Assembly: GCA_019116105.1 (NCBI GenBank)
Contig: DXCH01000264.1
Coordinates: forward strand, 1-34,383
Length of the DNA stretch: 34,383 bases
Origin: Candidatus Eubacterium avistercoris
GTDB taxonomy: Bacteria; Bacillota; Clostridia; Lachnospirales; Lachnospiraceae
Reading direction: 5' to 3'
Part shown: one piece after another, positions 7,965 to 21,374 of the stretch
How the letters are laid out: the number at the start of each line of letters is the position of its first letter
Position numbering within the stretch: position 1 is the stretch's first letter
Made by a program: the position numbers and the translations under genes
The notes under the pieces: generated by a model
Seen by the model: the letters and a program-made list of their open reading frames with translations, nothing else
The model's database searches: none
Told to the model about the DNA's origin: nothing

Positions 7965-8004
7965 AAAAAAACCGGAGACACAGCTTCCCTCCGCTGTATC
8001 TCCG
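7965..8004 (-). terminator. Intrinsic terminator after the VOC gene
   Basis: On minus, CGGAGATACAGC / GCTGTGTCTCCG stem followed by GTTTTTTT. Confidence 0.7.
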
Positions 8005-8032
8005 ATCTCTTAATCTGGTTTCAGTTTTCTCT

Positions 8033-8392
8033 TTATCCGGCTTCCCTCATGTTCCCTTCAAACAATTCGATCAGGTTTCCGGTTGGATCCTGGATAAAGA
8101 TTCCATATGTATTCCACACATTCGCAGTCATAACAATTTCCACGCCCAGTTCTTTCAGCTCTGCTTTTGTCTGTTCCCGATCCGGAACAGACAGGGAAAA
8201 ATGTTTGTTTCCCTGCACTTTCATATCTTCGTTTGGAACTTTCCGGTAGGAAGGAAGTTCCAGGGAATCTTTCACATCAAATAACTCCAGCACTACGCCG
8301 GGATATTCCATATGAGCGACTCTCACATCGATCCCTGGAATGGTGTTGATGCACAGAGGGCGGAATCCCAACACCCGCTCATACCACTCCAT
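8033..8392 (-). pseudogene. VOC/glyoxalase family protein, probably 5'-truncated
   Basis: WYERVLGF...LELF...GNKHFSLSVPD...FIQDPTGNLIELF are VOC motifs, but the first beta-strand carrying the metal-binding His is missing and there is no RBS before the ATG. Confidence 0.65.
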
Positions 8393-8441
8393 GTGTGTAG
8401 AAAATCTAGGAGTTCTGCAGATAAACCGGTTTGAGACTGCG

Positions 8442-8585
8442 GCAGACTATTCTCTATGTTCTCAGTGGTTTACGACTGTTTTTATGCTTTTATCCGGAGC
8501 GATTTCAATGTCTTTTATTTCCTGCTTCTGGGGGCAGCTTCGAAAATTTCTGCATATGGAAGAGGTGCAGCGTTATCTTCTGGTC
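8442..8585 (+). pseudogene. Degenerate, doubly frameshifted fragment of a trkH paralog
   Basis: Joining two frames gives ADYSLCSQWFTTVFMLLSG/DFNVFYFLLLG/QLRKFLHMEEVQRYLLV, which aligns to the intact TrkH segment INYSPYLQWVTTVFMILFGVNFNAYYFLLFRRIGKALRMEEVRCYIII (~10895-11035). Confidence 0.8.
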
Positions 8586-8805
8586 CGAAAAGAAATGACA
8601 ATCTTCAGAAGTACAAATCAGCTTTCGAAAAAAGTAAATGTTCTGCTTTATTTTTTATAGGAAATGGTATATGATAGGTTATACTAAAATATAATATTCA
8701 TTTTTTTCGGCACTTGCATAGGCTGCGCTCTAATCAGATATCTGCGCAGAGTATGTTTAAGTGCTGTTTTGCAGAGGGAAAAAATATCCGGGAGGTATAA
8801 CAGAC

Positions 8806-10194
8806 ATGTTTAAACCAAAAACACAGGAACAGCATGGTTTGAATATTATTATTGTCGGATGCGGAAAAGTAGGAGCTACGCTGGTAGAGCAGCTTATTAA
8901 AGAAGGACACGACATAACGATCATAGACAAAAGCCCCAAAAAAATACAGGCTATTACCAATACTTACGATATTATGGGACTGGTGGGAAACGGAGCCAGC
9001 TACAGCGTTCTGATGGAAGCGGGAATCGAGGATACGGATCTGATCATTGCGGTTACAGAATCAGACGAACTGAACCTGCTTTGCTGTACCGTAGCCAAAC
9101 AGGCAACGGACTGCGCTGCCATCGCCCGCGTGCGTACGCCGGATTACAGCCGTGAAGTGGGATACCTCAGGGAAAAACTTGGGCTGGCGCTGATCATCAA
9201 TCCGGAGCTGGAAGCAGCCCGTGAAGTAGCCCGGATTCTGTATCTGCCTACCGCCCTGGAAGTAAACTCCTTTGCCCACGGCCAGGCGGAACTGATCAAA
9301 TTCCAGATACCAAAAGGCAACCTGCTGGACGGCATGAGCATTGCGGAACTGGGGCAAAGCTATACTTCCGGTATCCTGGTCTGCGCTGTAGAACGCCAGG
9401 ACGAGCTGTTCATCCCTTCCGGTGATTTCCGTCTTCAGGCCGGAGACCGGATGTCGTTCGTTGCTCCGCGAAATGCCGCAAGGCCTTTCCTGAAATATAT
9501 CGGATCCAAAACTCAGCGCGTCAAAGACACGCTGATCATCGGCGGCGGCAAAGCGGCCTATTATCTGGCAAGCCGTCTGATCTCCGCCGGGATCTCGGTC
9601 AAGATCATCGAACAGGACGCTCAGCGCTGCGAGGAACTGAGCATTCTGCTGCCCAAGGCAGTGATCATCAACGGCGATGGCACCAACGAAGAGCTGCTGA
9701 AGGAAGAAGGTCTGCAGTATGTGGAGTCCTTTGTGCCTCTTACCGGCATTGACGAAGAAAATATCCTGCTTACGCTGTACGCGAAACAGGTATCCAAAGC
9801 CAAGATCATTACCAAGATCAACCGGATCACCTTTAAAAACGTGATCAACGGACTGGATCTGGGAAGCGTTGTATATCCGCGGTATATCACCGCCGAAGCG
9901 ATCATTGCCTATGTGCGGGCAAAAAAAGATTCCATGCACAGCAATATCGAAACCTTATATCATATGTTTGACTCCCGTGCCGAAGCCATTGAATTTCTCG
10001 TTGACAAGGAGTCTGCTGTTACCAATATCCCTCTGATGGATCTGCCTCTGAAAAAAGATCTGCTTGTTTCCTTTATCAACCGCAACGGGGATATTCTGAT
10101 CCCCAGCGGACAGGACTGCATCAAAGCGGGGGACACCGTTATGATCGTGACCACCCATACGGGATTTCATGATATCCAGGATATTTTAAAGTAA
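8806..10194 (+). CDS. trkA: Trk potassium uptake NAD-binding subunit (two RCK pairs)
   Basis: IIIVGCGKVG and LIIGGGKAA Rossmann motifs, IAVTESDELN, LTGIDEENIL; ATG at 8806 after GGAGGT. Confidence 0.95.
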   Translation: MFKPKTQEQHGLNIIIVGCGKVGATLVEQLIKEGHDITIIDKSPKKIQAITNTYDIMGLVGNGASYSVLMEAGIEDTDLIIAVTESDELNLLCCTVAKQATDCAAIARVRTPDYSREVGYLREKLGLALIINPELEAAREVARILYLPTALEVNSFAHGQAELIKFQIPKGNLLDGMSIAELGQSYTSGILVCAVERQDELFIPSGDFRLQAGDRMSFVAPRNAARPFLKYIGSKTQRVKDTLIIGGGKAAYYLASRLISAGISVKIIEQDAQRCEELSILLPKAVIINGDGTNEELLKEEGLQYVESFVPLTGIDEENILLTLYAKQVSKAKIITKINRITFKNVINGLDLGSVVYPRYITAEAIIAYVRAKKDSMHSNIETLYHMFDSRAEAIEFLVDKESAVTNIPLMDLPLKKDLLVSFINRNGDILIPSGQDCIKAGDTVMIVTTHTGFHDIQDILK

Positions 10195-10212
10195 CAGGAG
10201 AGTATAAATAAC

Positions 10213-11706
10213 ATGAACAGTTGTATTATTCGCTATATACTGGGATATATCTTAAAGTTAGAAGGAGCTTTCTTGTTCCTTCCATGCATTGTAGCCGTTA
10301 TTTACCGGGAAACTGCCGGATTCAGTTATCTCTTTGTAGCCGTGGTATGTCTTGTGCTGGGACTTTTCATGACACGAAAGAAACCGAAAAATACTGTTTT
10401 TTATCTGAAAGAGGGATGTGTGGCTACCGCCCTAAGCTGGATTCTTATGAGTGTATTTGGCGCACTCCCCTTCTGTCTGACCGGTGAAATTCCCTTTTTC
10501 ATAGATGCCCTTTTTGAAACCGTTTCCGGCTTTACCACAACGGGTTCCAGCATTTTGTCTGATATTGAGGCCTTGTCTCACTGCTCATTGTTCTGGCGAA
10601 GCTTTACTCACTGGATCGGAGGCATGGGAATCCTGGTGTTCCTTCTGGCTATCATCCCTTTAAGCGGAGGTTCTCACATGAACCTGATGCGGGCGGAAAG
10701 CCCCGGTCCCTCTGTAGGCAAACTGGTTCCGAAACTCCGTCAGACCGCCAGACTGTTATATCTTATTTATGTAGGTATGACCATTGTGCAGATCATATTG
10801 CTCCTTGCGGGCAATATGCCGCTGTTTGATTCCCTGACCATTACCTTCGGCACAGCCGGCACAGGGGGATTTGCCATTAAAAACGACAGTATGATCAATT
10901 ATTCCCCCTATCTGCAGTGGGTGACCACGGTCTTTATGATCCTGTTCGGTGTAAACTTTAACGCTTACTATTTTCTGCTTTTCAGGCGAATCGGCAAGGC
11001 TCTTCGTATGGAAGAAGTACGGTGCTATATTATCATTATCGTAGCCGCGACAGCCATTATTGCCGTTAATACATACAACACCGCCCTGGGCGCAGCGGGT
11101 ACTATACGGCACGCAGCCTTTCAGGTTGCCTCTATTATCACTACTACAGGATACGCAACTACCGATTTCAATCTATGGCCGGAGGCCAGCAAAACCGTCC
11201 TGGTGTTCCTGATGTTTATCGGCGCCTGTGCCGGCAGTACCGGCGGCGGTGTGAAGGTGTCCCGTCTGGTTGTACTGGTAAAAAGTATTTTCCGGGAACT
11301 GCGCAGTTACCTTCATCCCAATATTGTCCGCAAAGTCAAATTGGACGGAAAACCGGTGGACTCCGGAACAATCAGCGCTATCCATGTTTATTTTTTCACC
11401 CTGATTATACTGTTTGCCCTTTCCCTGTTCGCGGTTTCCTTTGACGGACACGACTTTATCACAAACTTTACCGCAGTGGCCACTACAATCAACAATGTAG
11501 GACCAGGACTTGGCATGGTAGGACCGGTGGAAAACTTCGGATTCTTTTCTCCGTTTTCCAAAATTATCCTTACATTTGACATGCTGGCAGGCAGACTGGA
11601 ACTGTTCCCTCTCCTGCTTTTATTCCATCCTTCAATCTGGCGGGACATGTCTACCCGCAGATTGAAAGATTCCCGTAAAGCAGAAAAAAAACTGGCTGCC
11701 CACTAA
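10213..11706 (+). CDS. trkH: Trk potassium uptake membrane subunit
   Basis: Pore loops SGFTTTG, GTAGTGGF, SIITTTGY and TINNVGPG; also GACAGSTGGG and GRLE. Confidence 0.95.
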   Translation: MNSCIIRYILGYILKLEGAFLFLPCIVAVIYRETAGFSYLFVAVVCLVLGLFMTRKKPKNTVFYLKEGCVATALSWILMSVFGALPFCLTGEIPFFIDALFETVSGFTTTGSSILSDIEALSHCSLFWRSFTHWIGGMGILVFLLAIIPLSGGSHMNLMRAESPGPSVGKLVPKLRQTARLLYLIYVGMTIVQIILLLAGNMPLFDSLTITFGTAGTGGFAIKNDSMINYSPYLQWVTTVFMILFGVNFNAYYFLLFRRIGKALRMEEVRCYIIIIVAATAIIAVNTYNTALGAAGTIRHAAFQVASIITTTGYATTDFNLWPEASKTVLVFLMFIGACAGSTGGGVKVSRLVVLVKSIFRELRSYLHPNIVRKVKLDGKPVDSGTISAIHVYFFTLIILFALSLFAVSFDGHDFITNFTAVATTINNVGPGLGMVGPVENFGFFSPFSKIILTFDMLAGRLELFPLLLLFHPSIWRDMSTRRLKDSRKAEKKLAAH

Positions 11707-12404
11707 AAAATCTTGGAAAACATCCATGAAATCGGGAAGATCAGCGCCAGAGACGGCAACATGTTAACCGCCCGAAAATGCTTGACATCCGCAATAGACA
11801 GGCCGATCACAAATGTGATCAGGCCGCCTGTTGCCGTAAAATCCCGCAGCGTGGTTTCGGAAATATAAGGCATGATCAATTTGCCCAGATAAAAAAACGC
11901 GCACAGTATCACAAACTGGGGCACTACGATCAGATTCATGGCGTACCCCAGAATGCATGCGAAAATAGCTCCTGCAAAAATATCCATTACAGCCTTTGAC
12001 AGCAGAATCGTCATATCCCCCGTCATCGCCTCATTCATAGCTCCAAATATATTGGTTCCGCTGGCACAGAAGGTAGCCGCCACGATAATGTAAAAATTCA
12101 TATAGTTTTCTACGTCCCCTTCTATTTTTAAATACAGCCTGTCTATCACTGATTTAAACAGTTTCTTTAATCTGGTATCCAGATTCGCCAGTTCCCCAAT
12201 CAGAGTTCCCAAGATCATCGCCAGTATTACCGCCGGCATGGAATGTAATTTGATAAAAGAGACTACACCGATCAAAACGGCAGATATTCCAAACACCACC
12301 GTCAGCGGATGGTGCAGGCGTTTTGGTATTTTATTTTTAAGTCCCGCTCCCAGCAGTCCCCCTATCAGTACCGCTCCACAGTCCAGATATACTCCTACAG
12401 GCAT
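11703..12404 (-). CDS. DUF554 (YdfK-like) membrane protein
   Basis: Hydrophobic 233 aa protein with FCASGTNIFGAMNEAMTGDMTILLSKAVMD and RAVNMLPSL. Confidence 0.85.
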   Translation of the reverse strand: MPVGVYLDCGAVLIGGLLGAGLKNKIPKRLHHPLTVVFGISAVLIGVVSFIKLHSMPAVILAMILGTLIGELANLDTRLKKLFKSVIDRLYLKIEGDVENYMNFYIIVAATFCASGTNIFGAMNEAMTGDMTILLSKAVMDIFAGAIFACILGYAMNLIVVPQFVILCAFFYLGKLIMPYISETTLRDFTATGGLITFVIGLSIADVKHFRAVNMLPSLALIFPISWMFSKIF

Positions 12405-12551
12405 TTTTATCTCCTCCTTTTGTTTTTCTAATCCAAAGGACGAGGCATGTTAACATATAGGCTGTAAAAAGTCAATCTTTTCCGGCCCTGATCTGCGAAA
12501 AATATTCTCATATGGCAATTTTTCTCATCACCGTCAATCCCCTGTCCACAC

Positions 12552-12600
12552 AAAAAAGACCTCTGCCCCAGGCGGATCCAACCGCCGTCAGCAGAGGTTT
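12552..12600 (-). terminator. Terminator of the V-ATPase operon
   Basis: GACCTCTGC / GCAGAGGTT stem with a T-tract on minus, just after the subunit D stop. Confidence 0.65.
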
Positions 12601-12608
12601 CTTTTATT

Positions 12609-13301
12609 TTATGAAACAGTCTCGATCTCAACAGGATAACCCTGGATCTTGTCGCTGTAGTTATGTGCCTGTTCCAGCATCATATCCTTTACTTTCATCA
12701 GACGGATCTGAGTGCTTCGCTCATTTTCATCCAATTTCATAGTAATATATTTAATGCTTTCTTGTGTTTCCGGAATGATCACATGCTCCAACGCGTTTAC
12801 ACGGCGCCTTGTTTTTTCAATCTCCGCAGCCATCAGCTGGCAGGCCTTTTCCATTTCCGCCAGTTTCAGCATATCCGGCAGTACATCCGCCAGAGATTTT
12901 ACTGCCCCGTCCAGATCGCTGGAAGTATATGCAAAACCATAAGAATAGATGTCGTTTTCATCGGCAGTTCTCGTTTTGTATTCAAATACCGGAATATCCA
13001 CACTCATGACATTCTTTTTTCCCGCTTCCAGATAGACGCCCTGTTTTGGAACCATCAACGCGGTATGCAGGCTTTCATTGGACATGGAGGCCTTGGCTAT
13101 GACAAAATTGGCGTTTGCCGCCTTGATGCCTTCCTCCACTTTCAGACGCAGTTCCATATTTTCCCGGATCAGATCCAGAAACTGCCGCATCAGTTCGTCC
13201 CGTTTATCTTTCAGCAGTTTATGTCCCCGAACAGCTGTGACCAGCTTCTTTTTCAGTCTGGTCAGTTCCATACGGGTAGGATTTACCTGAGTGGATGCCA
13301 T
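12609..13301 (-). CDS. ntpD: V/A-type ATPase subunit D
   Basis: NPTRMEL...RGHKLLKDKRDEL...EIEKTRRRVNALEHVIIP. Confidence 0.95.
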   Translation of the reverse strand: MASTQVNPTRMELTRLKKKLVTAVRGHKLLKDKRDELMRQFLDLIRENMELRLKVEEGIKAANANFVIAKASMSNESLHTALMVPKQGVYLEAGKKNVMSVDIPVFEYKTRTADENDIYSYGFAYTSSDLDGAVKSLADVLPDMLKLAEMEKACQLMAAEIEKTRRRVNALEHVIIPETQESIKYITMKLDENERSTQIRLMKVKDMMLEQAHNYSDKIQGYPVEIETVS

Positions 13302-13319
13302 GACAACACCTCCTTCCTA

Positions 13320-14711
13320 TTATTTGCCCTCCGTATCAGCATTTCCTTTATAATACTGATCCAGAAATTTATCATCAATACGTTTCAACTCGCTTCTCGG
13401 CAGAATATTCAGCAGCTTCCAGCCGATATCCAGTGTTTCCTCAATATCTCTGTCCGTATTGTATCCCTGGGAAACATATTCTTTTTCAAAAGCGTCCGCG
13501 AATTTGGCGTAAATAAGGTCAATATCGGAAAGGGCAGCTTCTCCCAGAATAACCATCAGCTCTTTGGCTTCTTTACCGCGGGCATAGGCTGCAAACAGCT
13601 GGTTCATTGTATTGGAATGATCCGCTCTTGTCTTTCCTTCACCGATTCCCTTATCTTTCAGACGAGACAGAGAAGGCAGTACGTCAATAGGCGGCATCAC
13701 GCCTTTTCGGTAAAGTTCACGGCTCAGTATGATCTGCCCCTCTGTGATGTACCCTGTAAGGTCCGGGATGGGGTGCGTCTTGTCATCCTCCGGCATGGTC
13801 AGGATCGGAATCATAGTAATACTTCCGCTCTTGCCCCTCTGCCTTCCCGCGCGTTCATACAGGTTTGCAAGGTCTGTATACATATAACCCGGATATCCCC
13901 GGCGTCCCGGCACTTCTTTCCGGGCCGCGGATACTTCACGGAGGGCGTCCGCGTAGTTTGTGATGTCCGTAAGGATTACCAGTACGTGCATGTCTTTTTC
14001 AAAGGCCAGATATTCCGCTGCTGTCAGCGCCATACGAGGTGTGGAAATACGTTCTACCGCCGGATCATTCGCCAGGTTGATGAACAGTACCGTCCTGTCA
14101 ATGGCTCCTGTCTCTTTAAAACTCTGGATAAAGAAGTCCGCTTCCTCAAATGTGATACCCATTGCGGCAAATACTACCGCAAAAGGTTCGTCGGTTCCCC
14201 TTACTTTGGCCTGTCTGGCAATCTGCGCGGCCAGCTGAGCATGGGGCAGACCGGATGCGGAAAAGATGGGCAGCTTCTGTCCACGTACCAGAGTGTTCAG
14301 TCCGTCGATTGCGGAAACACCTGTCTGGATAAATTCTGAGGGGTAGTTTCTGGCCGCCGGATTCATGGGCAGACCATTAATATCCAGACGCATATCCGGC
14401 AGGATCTCCGGACCGTCATCTATAGGATTTCCCAATCCGTCAAAAACACGGCCCAGCATGTCTTCCGATACCCCGAGCTGCATGCTGCGGCCCAGGAAAC
14501 GTACTTTGCTGCTTTCCAGATTGATGCCGGTAGAGCTTTCGAAGAGCTGTACCAGAGCGTCGCTTCCGTTTACCTCCAGCACCTTGCATCTTCGTGTCTC
14601 TCCGTTGGAGAGCTCGATCTCTCCCAGTTCATCATAGGTAACATTTGATACCCCTTTTACAAGCATCAGAGGGCCTGCTACTTCCTGTATTGTTCTGTAC
14701 TCTTTTGGCAT
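13320..14711 (-). CDS. ntpB: V/A-type ATPase subunit B
   Basis: [50 protein letters not shown]. Confidence 0.97.
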   Translation of the reverse strand: MPKEYRTIQEVAGPLMLVKGVSNVTYDELGEIELSNGETRRCKVLEVNGSDALVQLFESSTGINLESSKVRFLGRSMQLGVSEDMLGRVFDGLGNPIDDGPEILPDMRLDINGLPMNPAARNYPSEFIQTGVSAIDGLNTLVRGQKLPIFSASGLPHAQLAAQIARQAKVRGTDEPFAVVFAAMGITFEEADFFIQSFKETGAIDRTVLFINLANDPAVERISTPRMALTAAEYLAFEKDMHVLVILTDITNYADALREVSAARKEVPGRRGYPGYMYTDLANLYERAGRQRGKSGSITMIPILTMPEDDKTHPIPDLTGYITEGQIILSRELYRKGVMPPIDVLPSLSRLKDKGIGEGKTRADHSNTMNQLFAAYARGKEAKELMVILGEAALSDIDLIYAKFADAFEKEYVSQGYNTDRDIEETLDIGWKLLNILPRSELKRIDDKFLDQYYKGNADTEGK

Positions 14712-16478
14712 TTATAAGCCCTCCTTTCCTTTTGCCTGGGCAATTTCCTGTTCCAGAGCATCCCATACGGATTTATATTCTTCATCAAGATTTTCTTCCA
14801 ATGTATATTTGTATCGTCCGATCCGCTCACGAACAGGCAGTTTTACCAGATCCGCGATATTTGCTCCCTGTGACAGCGCTTCTTCTGATTTTTCATAATA
14901 GGCCAGTACCAGTCTCATCATCAGCAGCTGTTTCTTGAGAGATGTATAAGTGTCCACTTCGTGGAAAGAATTCTGATGGAGGAAATCTTCACGAATGGAC
15001 CGGGCAGCTTCCATTTTCAGACGGTCTCCGGAAGACAGCGCGTCCATACCTACCATTTTTACGATTTCTTCCAGACTTGCTTCTTCCTGAAGAAGAGTCA
15101 TCATTTTCTGACGGTTTTCCATCCAGTCTCCCGCCACTTCTTTTTCAAACCAAGGGCCCATATTATCCAGATACAGGGAATAACTGTTCAGCCAGTTGAT
15201 TGCCGGGAAATGGCGCTTATATGCCAGCGCGGAATCCAGACCCCAGAATACTTTGACAATACGCAGGGTTGCCTGGGATACCGGTTCGGAAATATCACCG
15301 CCCGGAGGAGATACCGCCCCGATTACAGACAGGGCTCCTTCTCTGCCTTCTGATCCAAGGGAGATCACATGGCCCGCTCTTTCATAGAACTGAGCCAGAC
15401 GGCTTCCCAGATACGCAGGATAGCCTTCTTCACCCGGCATTTCTTCCAGACGCCCTGACATTTCACGAAGAGCCTCCGCCCATCGGGATGTGGAGTCAGC
15501 CATAAGGGCTACTGAATATCCCATGTCTCTGAAATATTCCGCAATTGTAATGCCGGTATAAATAGAAGCTTCACGGGCGGCAACCGGCATATCGGACGTA
15601 TTGGCGATAAGAACGGTACGTTCCATCAGAGACTGTCCTGTCTTTGGATCTTTCAGTTCCGGGAACTCATTTAATACGTCTGTCATTTCGTTTCCACGTT
15701 CTCCGCATCCGATATAGACTACAATATCCGCTTCCGCCCATTTTGCCAGCTGATGCTGAATGACTGTCTTGCCGCTTCCGAAAGGTCCCGGCACTGCCGC
15801 CACACCGCCTTTGGCAATGGGGAAAAAGGTATCGATAACACGCTGTCCGGTTACCAGAGGTTTCTCCGGCGTCAGTTTCTGTTTATAAGGACGTCCCCGC
15901 CTTACCGGCCATTTCTGCATCAGTGTGATTTCTTTGTCCCCCTGTGCTGTTTCAATCACTGCCACAGTCTCTTCTACTGTAAATTCACCGGACCGTATTT
16001 CCTTAATGGTTCCTTCGATACCGTAAGGCACCATGATCTTCTGTTCTACAATAATGGTCTCCTGTACCGTACCGATAATATCTCCGGCAACAACTTTGTC
16101 CCCTGCTTTTTTTACAGGTACGAACTCCCATTTTTTGTCACGTTTCAGAGATGCTACCTCCACGCCTCTTTTCAGGTTGTTTCCTGAGATCTTCATAATA
16201 TCGTCCAGCGGACGCTGGATACCGTCGTAAATGCTGGCGATCAGTCCCGGTCCCAGTTCCACAGACAGGGGAGCTTCCATAGATTCCACCGGTTCGCCCG
16301 GCCCCAGTCCCGCTGTTTCCTCGTAAACCTGGATGGAAGCTTCATCTCCATGGATTTCTATTATTTCACCGATCAGTCGCTGGCTGCTTACACGTACAAC
16401 GTCAAACATATTGGCGTCACGCATCCCGGAAGCAATAACCAGCGGTCCTGCTACTTTTTTGATAGTTCCTTTACTCAT
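14712..16478 (-). CDS. ntpA: V/A-type ATPase subunit A (catalytic)
   Basis: Walker [41 protein letters not shown]. Confidence 0.97.
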   Translation of the reverse strand: MSKGTIKKVAGPLVIASGMRDANMFDVVRVSSQRLIGEIIEIHGDEASIQVYEETAGLGPGEPVESMEAPLSVELGPGLIASIYDGIQRPLDDIMKISGNNLKRGVEVASLKRDKKWEFVPVKKAGDKVVAGDIIGTVQETIIVEQKIMVPYGIEGTIKEIRSGEFTVEETVAVIETAQGDKEITLMQKWPVRRGRPYKQKLTPEKPLVTGQRVIDTFFPIAKGGVAAVPGPFGSGKTVIQHQLAKWAEADIVVYIGCGERGNEMTDVLNEFPELKDPKTGQSLMERTVLIANTSDMPVAAREASIYTGITIAEYFRDMGYSVALMADSTSRWAEALREMSGRLEEMPGEEGYPAYLGSRLAQFYERAGHVISLGSEGREGALSVIGAVSPPGGDISEPVSQATLRIVKVFWGLDSALAYKRHFPAINWLNSYSLYLDNMGPWFEKEVAGDWMENRQKMMTLLQEEASLEEIVKMVGMDALSSGDRLKMEAARSIREDFLHQNSFHEVDTYTSLKKQLLMMRLVLAYYEKSEEALSQGANIADLVKLPVRERIGRYKYTLEENLDEEYKSVWDALEQEIAQAKGKEGL

Positions 16479-16494
16479 GTGATTTTACGCCTCT

Positions 16495-16815
16495 CTATTT
16501 TTCTCCAAATATGATATCTGATCCAACTGCCTTCTCCACACATTTTTTTACATTCTCCACACCGGCGCCGGTATTTCCTGAAATCCCCGGAATGAGAATA
16601 ATAGAAGGCATCATCTTCTCTTTATATTTTTCAATTTCATCCGCAAGTTCTGCTGCCAGTCCCTCTGTGATGTAGATTACGGCATATGCGCTGTCCGCCA
16701 CTTTTCTCAGAGTCTCCGCACCTGTTTTCGCGTCCTGGACTGGAATAATGTCCAGGCCCAGAGTGGAAAAACCGTAAATACTGTCATAGGGCCCCAGCAC
16801 TGCTATCTTATACAT
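16495..16815 (-). CDS. ntpG: V/A-type ATPase subunit F (NtpG in Enterococcus nomenclature)
   Basis: MYKIAVLGPYDSIYGFSTLG...VEKAVGSDI; ATG at 16815 overlaps the subunit C stop. Confidence 0.9.
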   Translation of the reverse strand: MYKIAVLGPYDSIYGFSTLGLDIIPVQDAKTGAETLRKVADSAYAVIYITEGLAAELADEIEKYKEKMMPSIILIPGISGNTGAGVENVKKCVEKAVGSDIIFGEK

Positions 16816-17776
16816 ACATTTCACGAATCCTTTCTGTTATAAATGAATCCGGCAGGCCGTTTCTCTTTCCGGACAGGATGATCCCCACTGTTTTGATCTC
16901 GTTTTCTCTGGCAATGATATATGCCATTACCGGTCCGATAGTAAATGATTCAAACTTCTGAGGCTGAAACATTTCGATCAGATGATTGTCGCACCAGCGT
17001 TCAAATGCTGACGGCGAGATCTTCAGCGCCTCTGAGGCAGCTCCATAACCGCTGCTTTCCAGATAAGCGCACAGGGTATCAAATCCTCCCAAAGCCGCCT
17101 TCGCCAGAGCGTCCGTCTGCATGCCGCTGCAGTTTGTCAGCGCCCGCATCATAAAGTCATAGGACTTTTTCGTTTTCTGACAGCGCACGGCGATCTTGAT
17201 GTTTGCCACTGCCACCACAGTACGGGCATAAGCGGCGATCACATCATCCGCAGACTCCGCGGCTTCCAGAATCGCTTCCAGGCACGCCTTATCAATGATC
17301 ACATCGCACAGCTGCCCATCATTTGTATGCATCAGCGTTTCATAGGCATCCTTTGCCGCTTCTTCCATATTTTTCGGAAGACGTCCAAAGTCTTTTGATT
17401 TTATGATTTCCCGCAGCTCCTCTCTGGAAGGAACAGTATTTTCATAAAAGAAATCATCTCTGTGCTTATCTGTAAGCGTTTCTTTGATGGCTGTCTTCAG
17501 ATTGTGGAATGCGTTGGGATAGGAGATTACGCCGAAAGCGTCCATGGATATTCCCAGTTCCTCTACCGTCTCCCATATTTTTTTTCGTTCCTCTGAAAGC
17601 ATCGTATCTCCGTCCTGTTTTCCGCTGCCATCACCCCAGCCCTTGTCCTCCAGGAAACGCATACATTCTTCATATGTTTTGCATGCCATAAGCTGGTCGA
17701 TCACAGACTTGGAAAACAGCGACACTTCCAGCGCGCGAATACGCGCAACCGCAAAAGTATAATTTGTGTTCGACAT
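16808..17776 (-). CDS. ntpC: V/A-type ATPase subunit C (d)
   Basis: YTFAVARIRALE...AYIIARENEIKTVGIILSGK...ERIREMYV, and operon position. Confidence 0.92.
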   Translation of the reverse strand: MSNTNYTFAVARIRALEVSLFSKSVIDQLMACKTYEECMRFLEDKGWGDGSGKQDGDTMLSEERKKIWETVEELGISMDAFGVISYPNAFHNLKTAIKETLTDKHRDDFFYENTVPSREELREIIKSKDFGRLPKNMEEAAKDAYETLMHTNDGQLCDVIIDKACLEAILEAAESADDVIAAYARTVVAVANIKIAVRCQKTKKSYDFMMRALTNCSGMQTDALAKAALGGFDTLCAYLESSGYGAASEALKISPSAFERWCDNHLIEMFQPQKFESFTIGPVMAYIIARENEIKTVGIILSGKRNGLPDSFITERIREMYV

Positions 17777-17788
17777 ACAAAGCCCTCC

Positions 17789-18382
17789 TTACATAAACAG
17801 CATTTCGTGGACTTTATCTGTCAGGTCATCTTTTTTCATGTCAAATACGGCCCGTAAGGTACAGTTTTCTTCAATCCCGCCATAGGAAAGCACAAAACCG
17901 TTATCGATCCGGATCCCTTTTTCCGACAGCGTCAGACTTCCTTTGACGCTTTCAGCCGCAGCCTGGATTCGGTCAGAAAAGTCTTTGGGCATTCTGTCCA
18001 GATCCCGCTGCGAAAAGCAGATCACCCCTGCCGCCGGCTGGGCGTATGCCCGGATCATTCTCTCGATCCTGTCAAAGTATGTCTTCGTATCCTCGCTGCA
18101 TACCTTTTCATATGCTTTTTCCAGCATATGGGAAATCGTATCCTGTTTTGCTTTCAAAATGGCAGTCCTTTTTTTCAGATCCGCAGATGACTGTGCACGT
18201 TTTCTGTAATTTGCAATATCTTTTTCAGATTTTTTCAGGATTTCTTCCTGAAGTTTCTGGGCATCCGCTCTTGCCTGAGTCAAAATCTCGTCCGCATTTT
18301 CTTTTGCCTGGGCGATCACAGCGTCTGCGTCTCTTCTGGCATCTTCCTGAATCTGATTTATGATTTTTTCTAATCCAGTCAT
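17789..18382 (-). CDS. ntpE: V/A-type ATPase subunit E
   Basis: MTGLEKIINQI coiled coil and C-terminal GFVLSYGGIEENCT; operon position. Confidence 0.9.
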   Translation of the reverse strand: MTGLEKIINQIQEDARRDADAVIAQAKENADEILTQARADAQKLQEEILKKSEKDIANYRKRAQSSADLKKRTAILKAKQDTISHMLEKAYEKVCSEDTKTYFDRIERMIRAYAQPAAGVICFSQRDLDRMPKDFSDRIQAAAESVKGSLTLSEKGIRIDNGFVLSYGGIEENCTLRAVFDMKKDDLTDKVHEMLFM

Positions 18383-18474
18383 TCTTTTCTCCTCACTACC
18401 AATTTCTATATTAATTGTCTTCCCGTTTTTTTCTCTTGCCCGGAAAGACTCCTTGCAGATCTAATCCGGTTTCA

Positions 18475-20972
<2,498 letters not shown>

Positions 20973-21008
20973 GAACTCTCCCCTCCTTTTCTCTCAAATT
21001 TTTTTTGC

Positions 21009-21323
21009 TTATGCAAGCAATGAAATAACTGCTTCTATCACTTCGTTTTCTTTTTTCATCGCCTGTTCTTTCAGCATGTCAACTTCCTGCCGGAGCTCAT
21101 TGTCAAATGTCTCCGCTCTGGCTTCTTCCTCCCTGACTGCTTCCTGCATCGCTCTGTCCGCGTCTTTTAGAGCCGCTTCTTTCAGCTGATGCCTGATTGT
21201 CTCGGCCTGGCGGTACGCGTCCTCAATGATCTTGGCCGACTGTTTCTTTGCCTGTTCATTGAGCTTCTGCGCATCCTTCTCCGCTTCCTGCACGCTTTTC
21301 ATTACTTCCTGCAGCACGAGCAT
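21009..21323 (-). CDS. ntpF: V/A-type ATPase peripheral stalk subunit G/H (NtpF)
   Basis: ~104 aa E/K/A-rich coiled coil, first gene of the operon; ATG 21323 (or GTG 21329) after AAAGGGG. Confidence 0.8.
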   Translation of the reverse strand: MLVLQEVMKSVQEAEKDAQKLNEQAKKQSAKIIEDAYRQAETIRHQLKEAALKDADRAMQEAVREEEARAETFDNELRQEVDMLKEQAMKKENEVIEAVISLLA

Positions 21324-21374
21324 TTCCACCCCTTTCTACTTCTCAACTATCTTGCGCATAGATTACTTTTTCGC

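Noticed and set aside
12663-14339. 558-aa + strand ORF and other long antisense ORFs (e.g. 7200-8249, 9061-9939, 26630-27628, 29965-30999, 32167-33066)
   Set aside because: Shadow frames opposite well-supported genes; no recognisable motifs or RBS.
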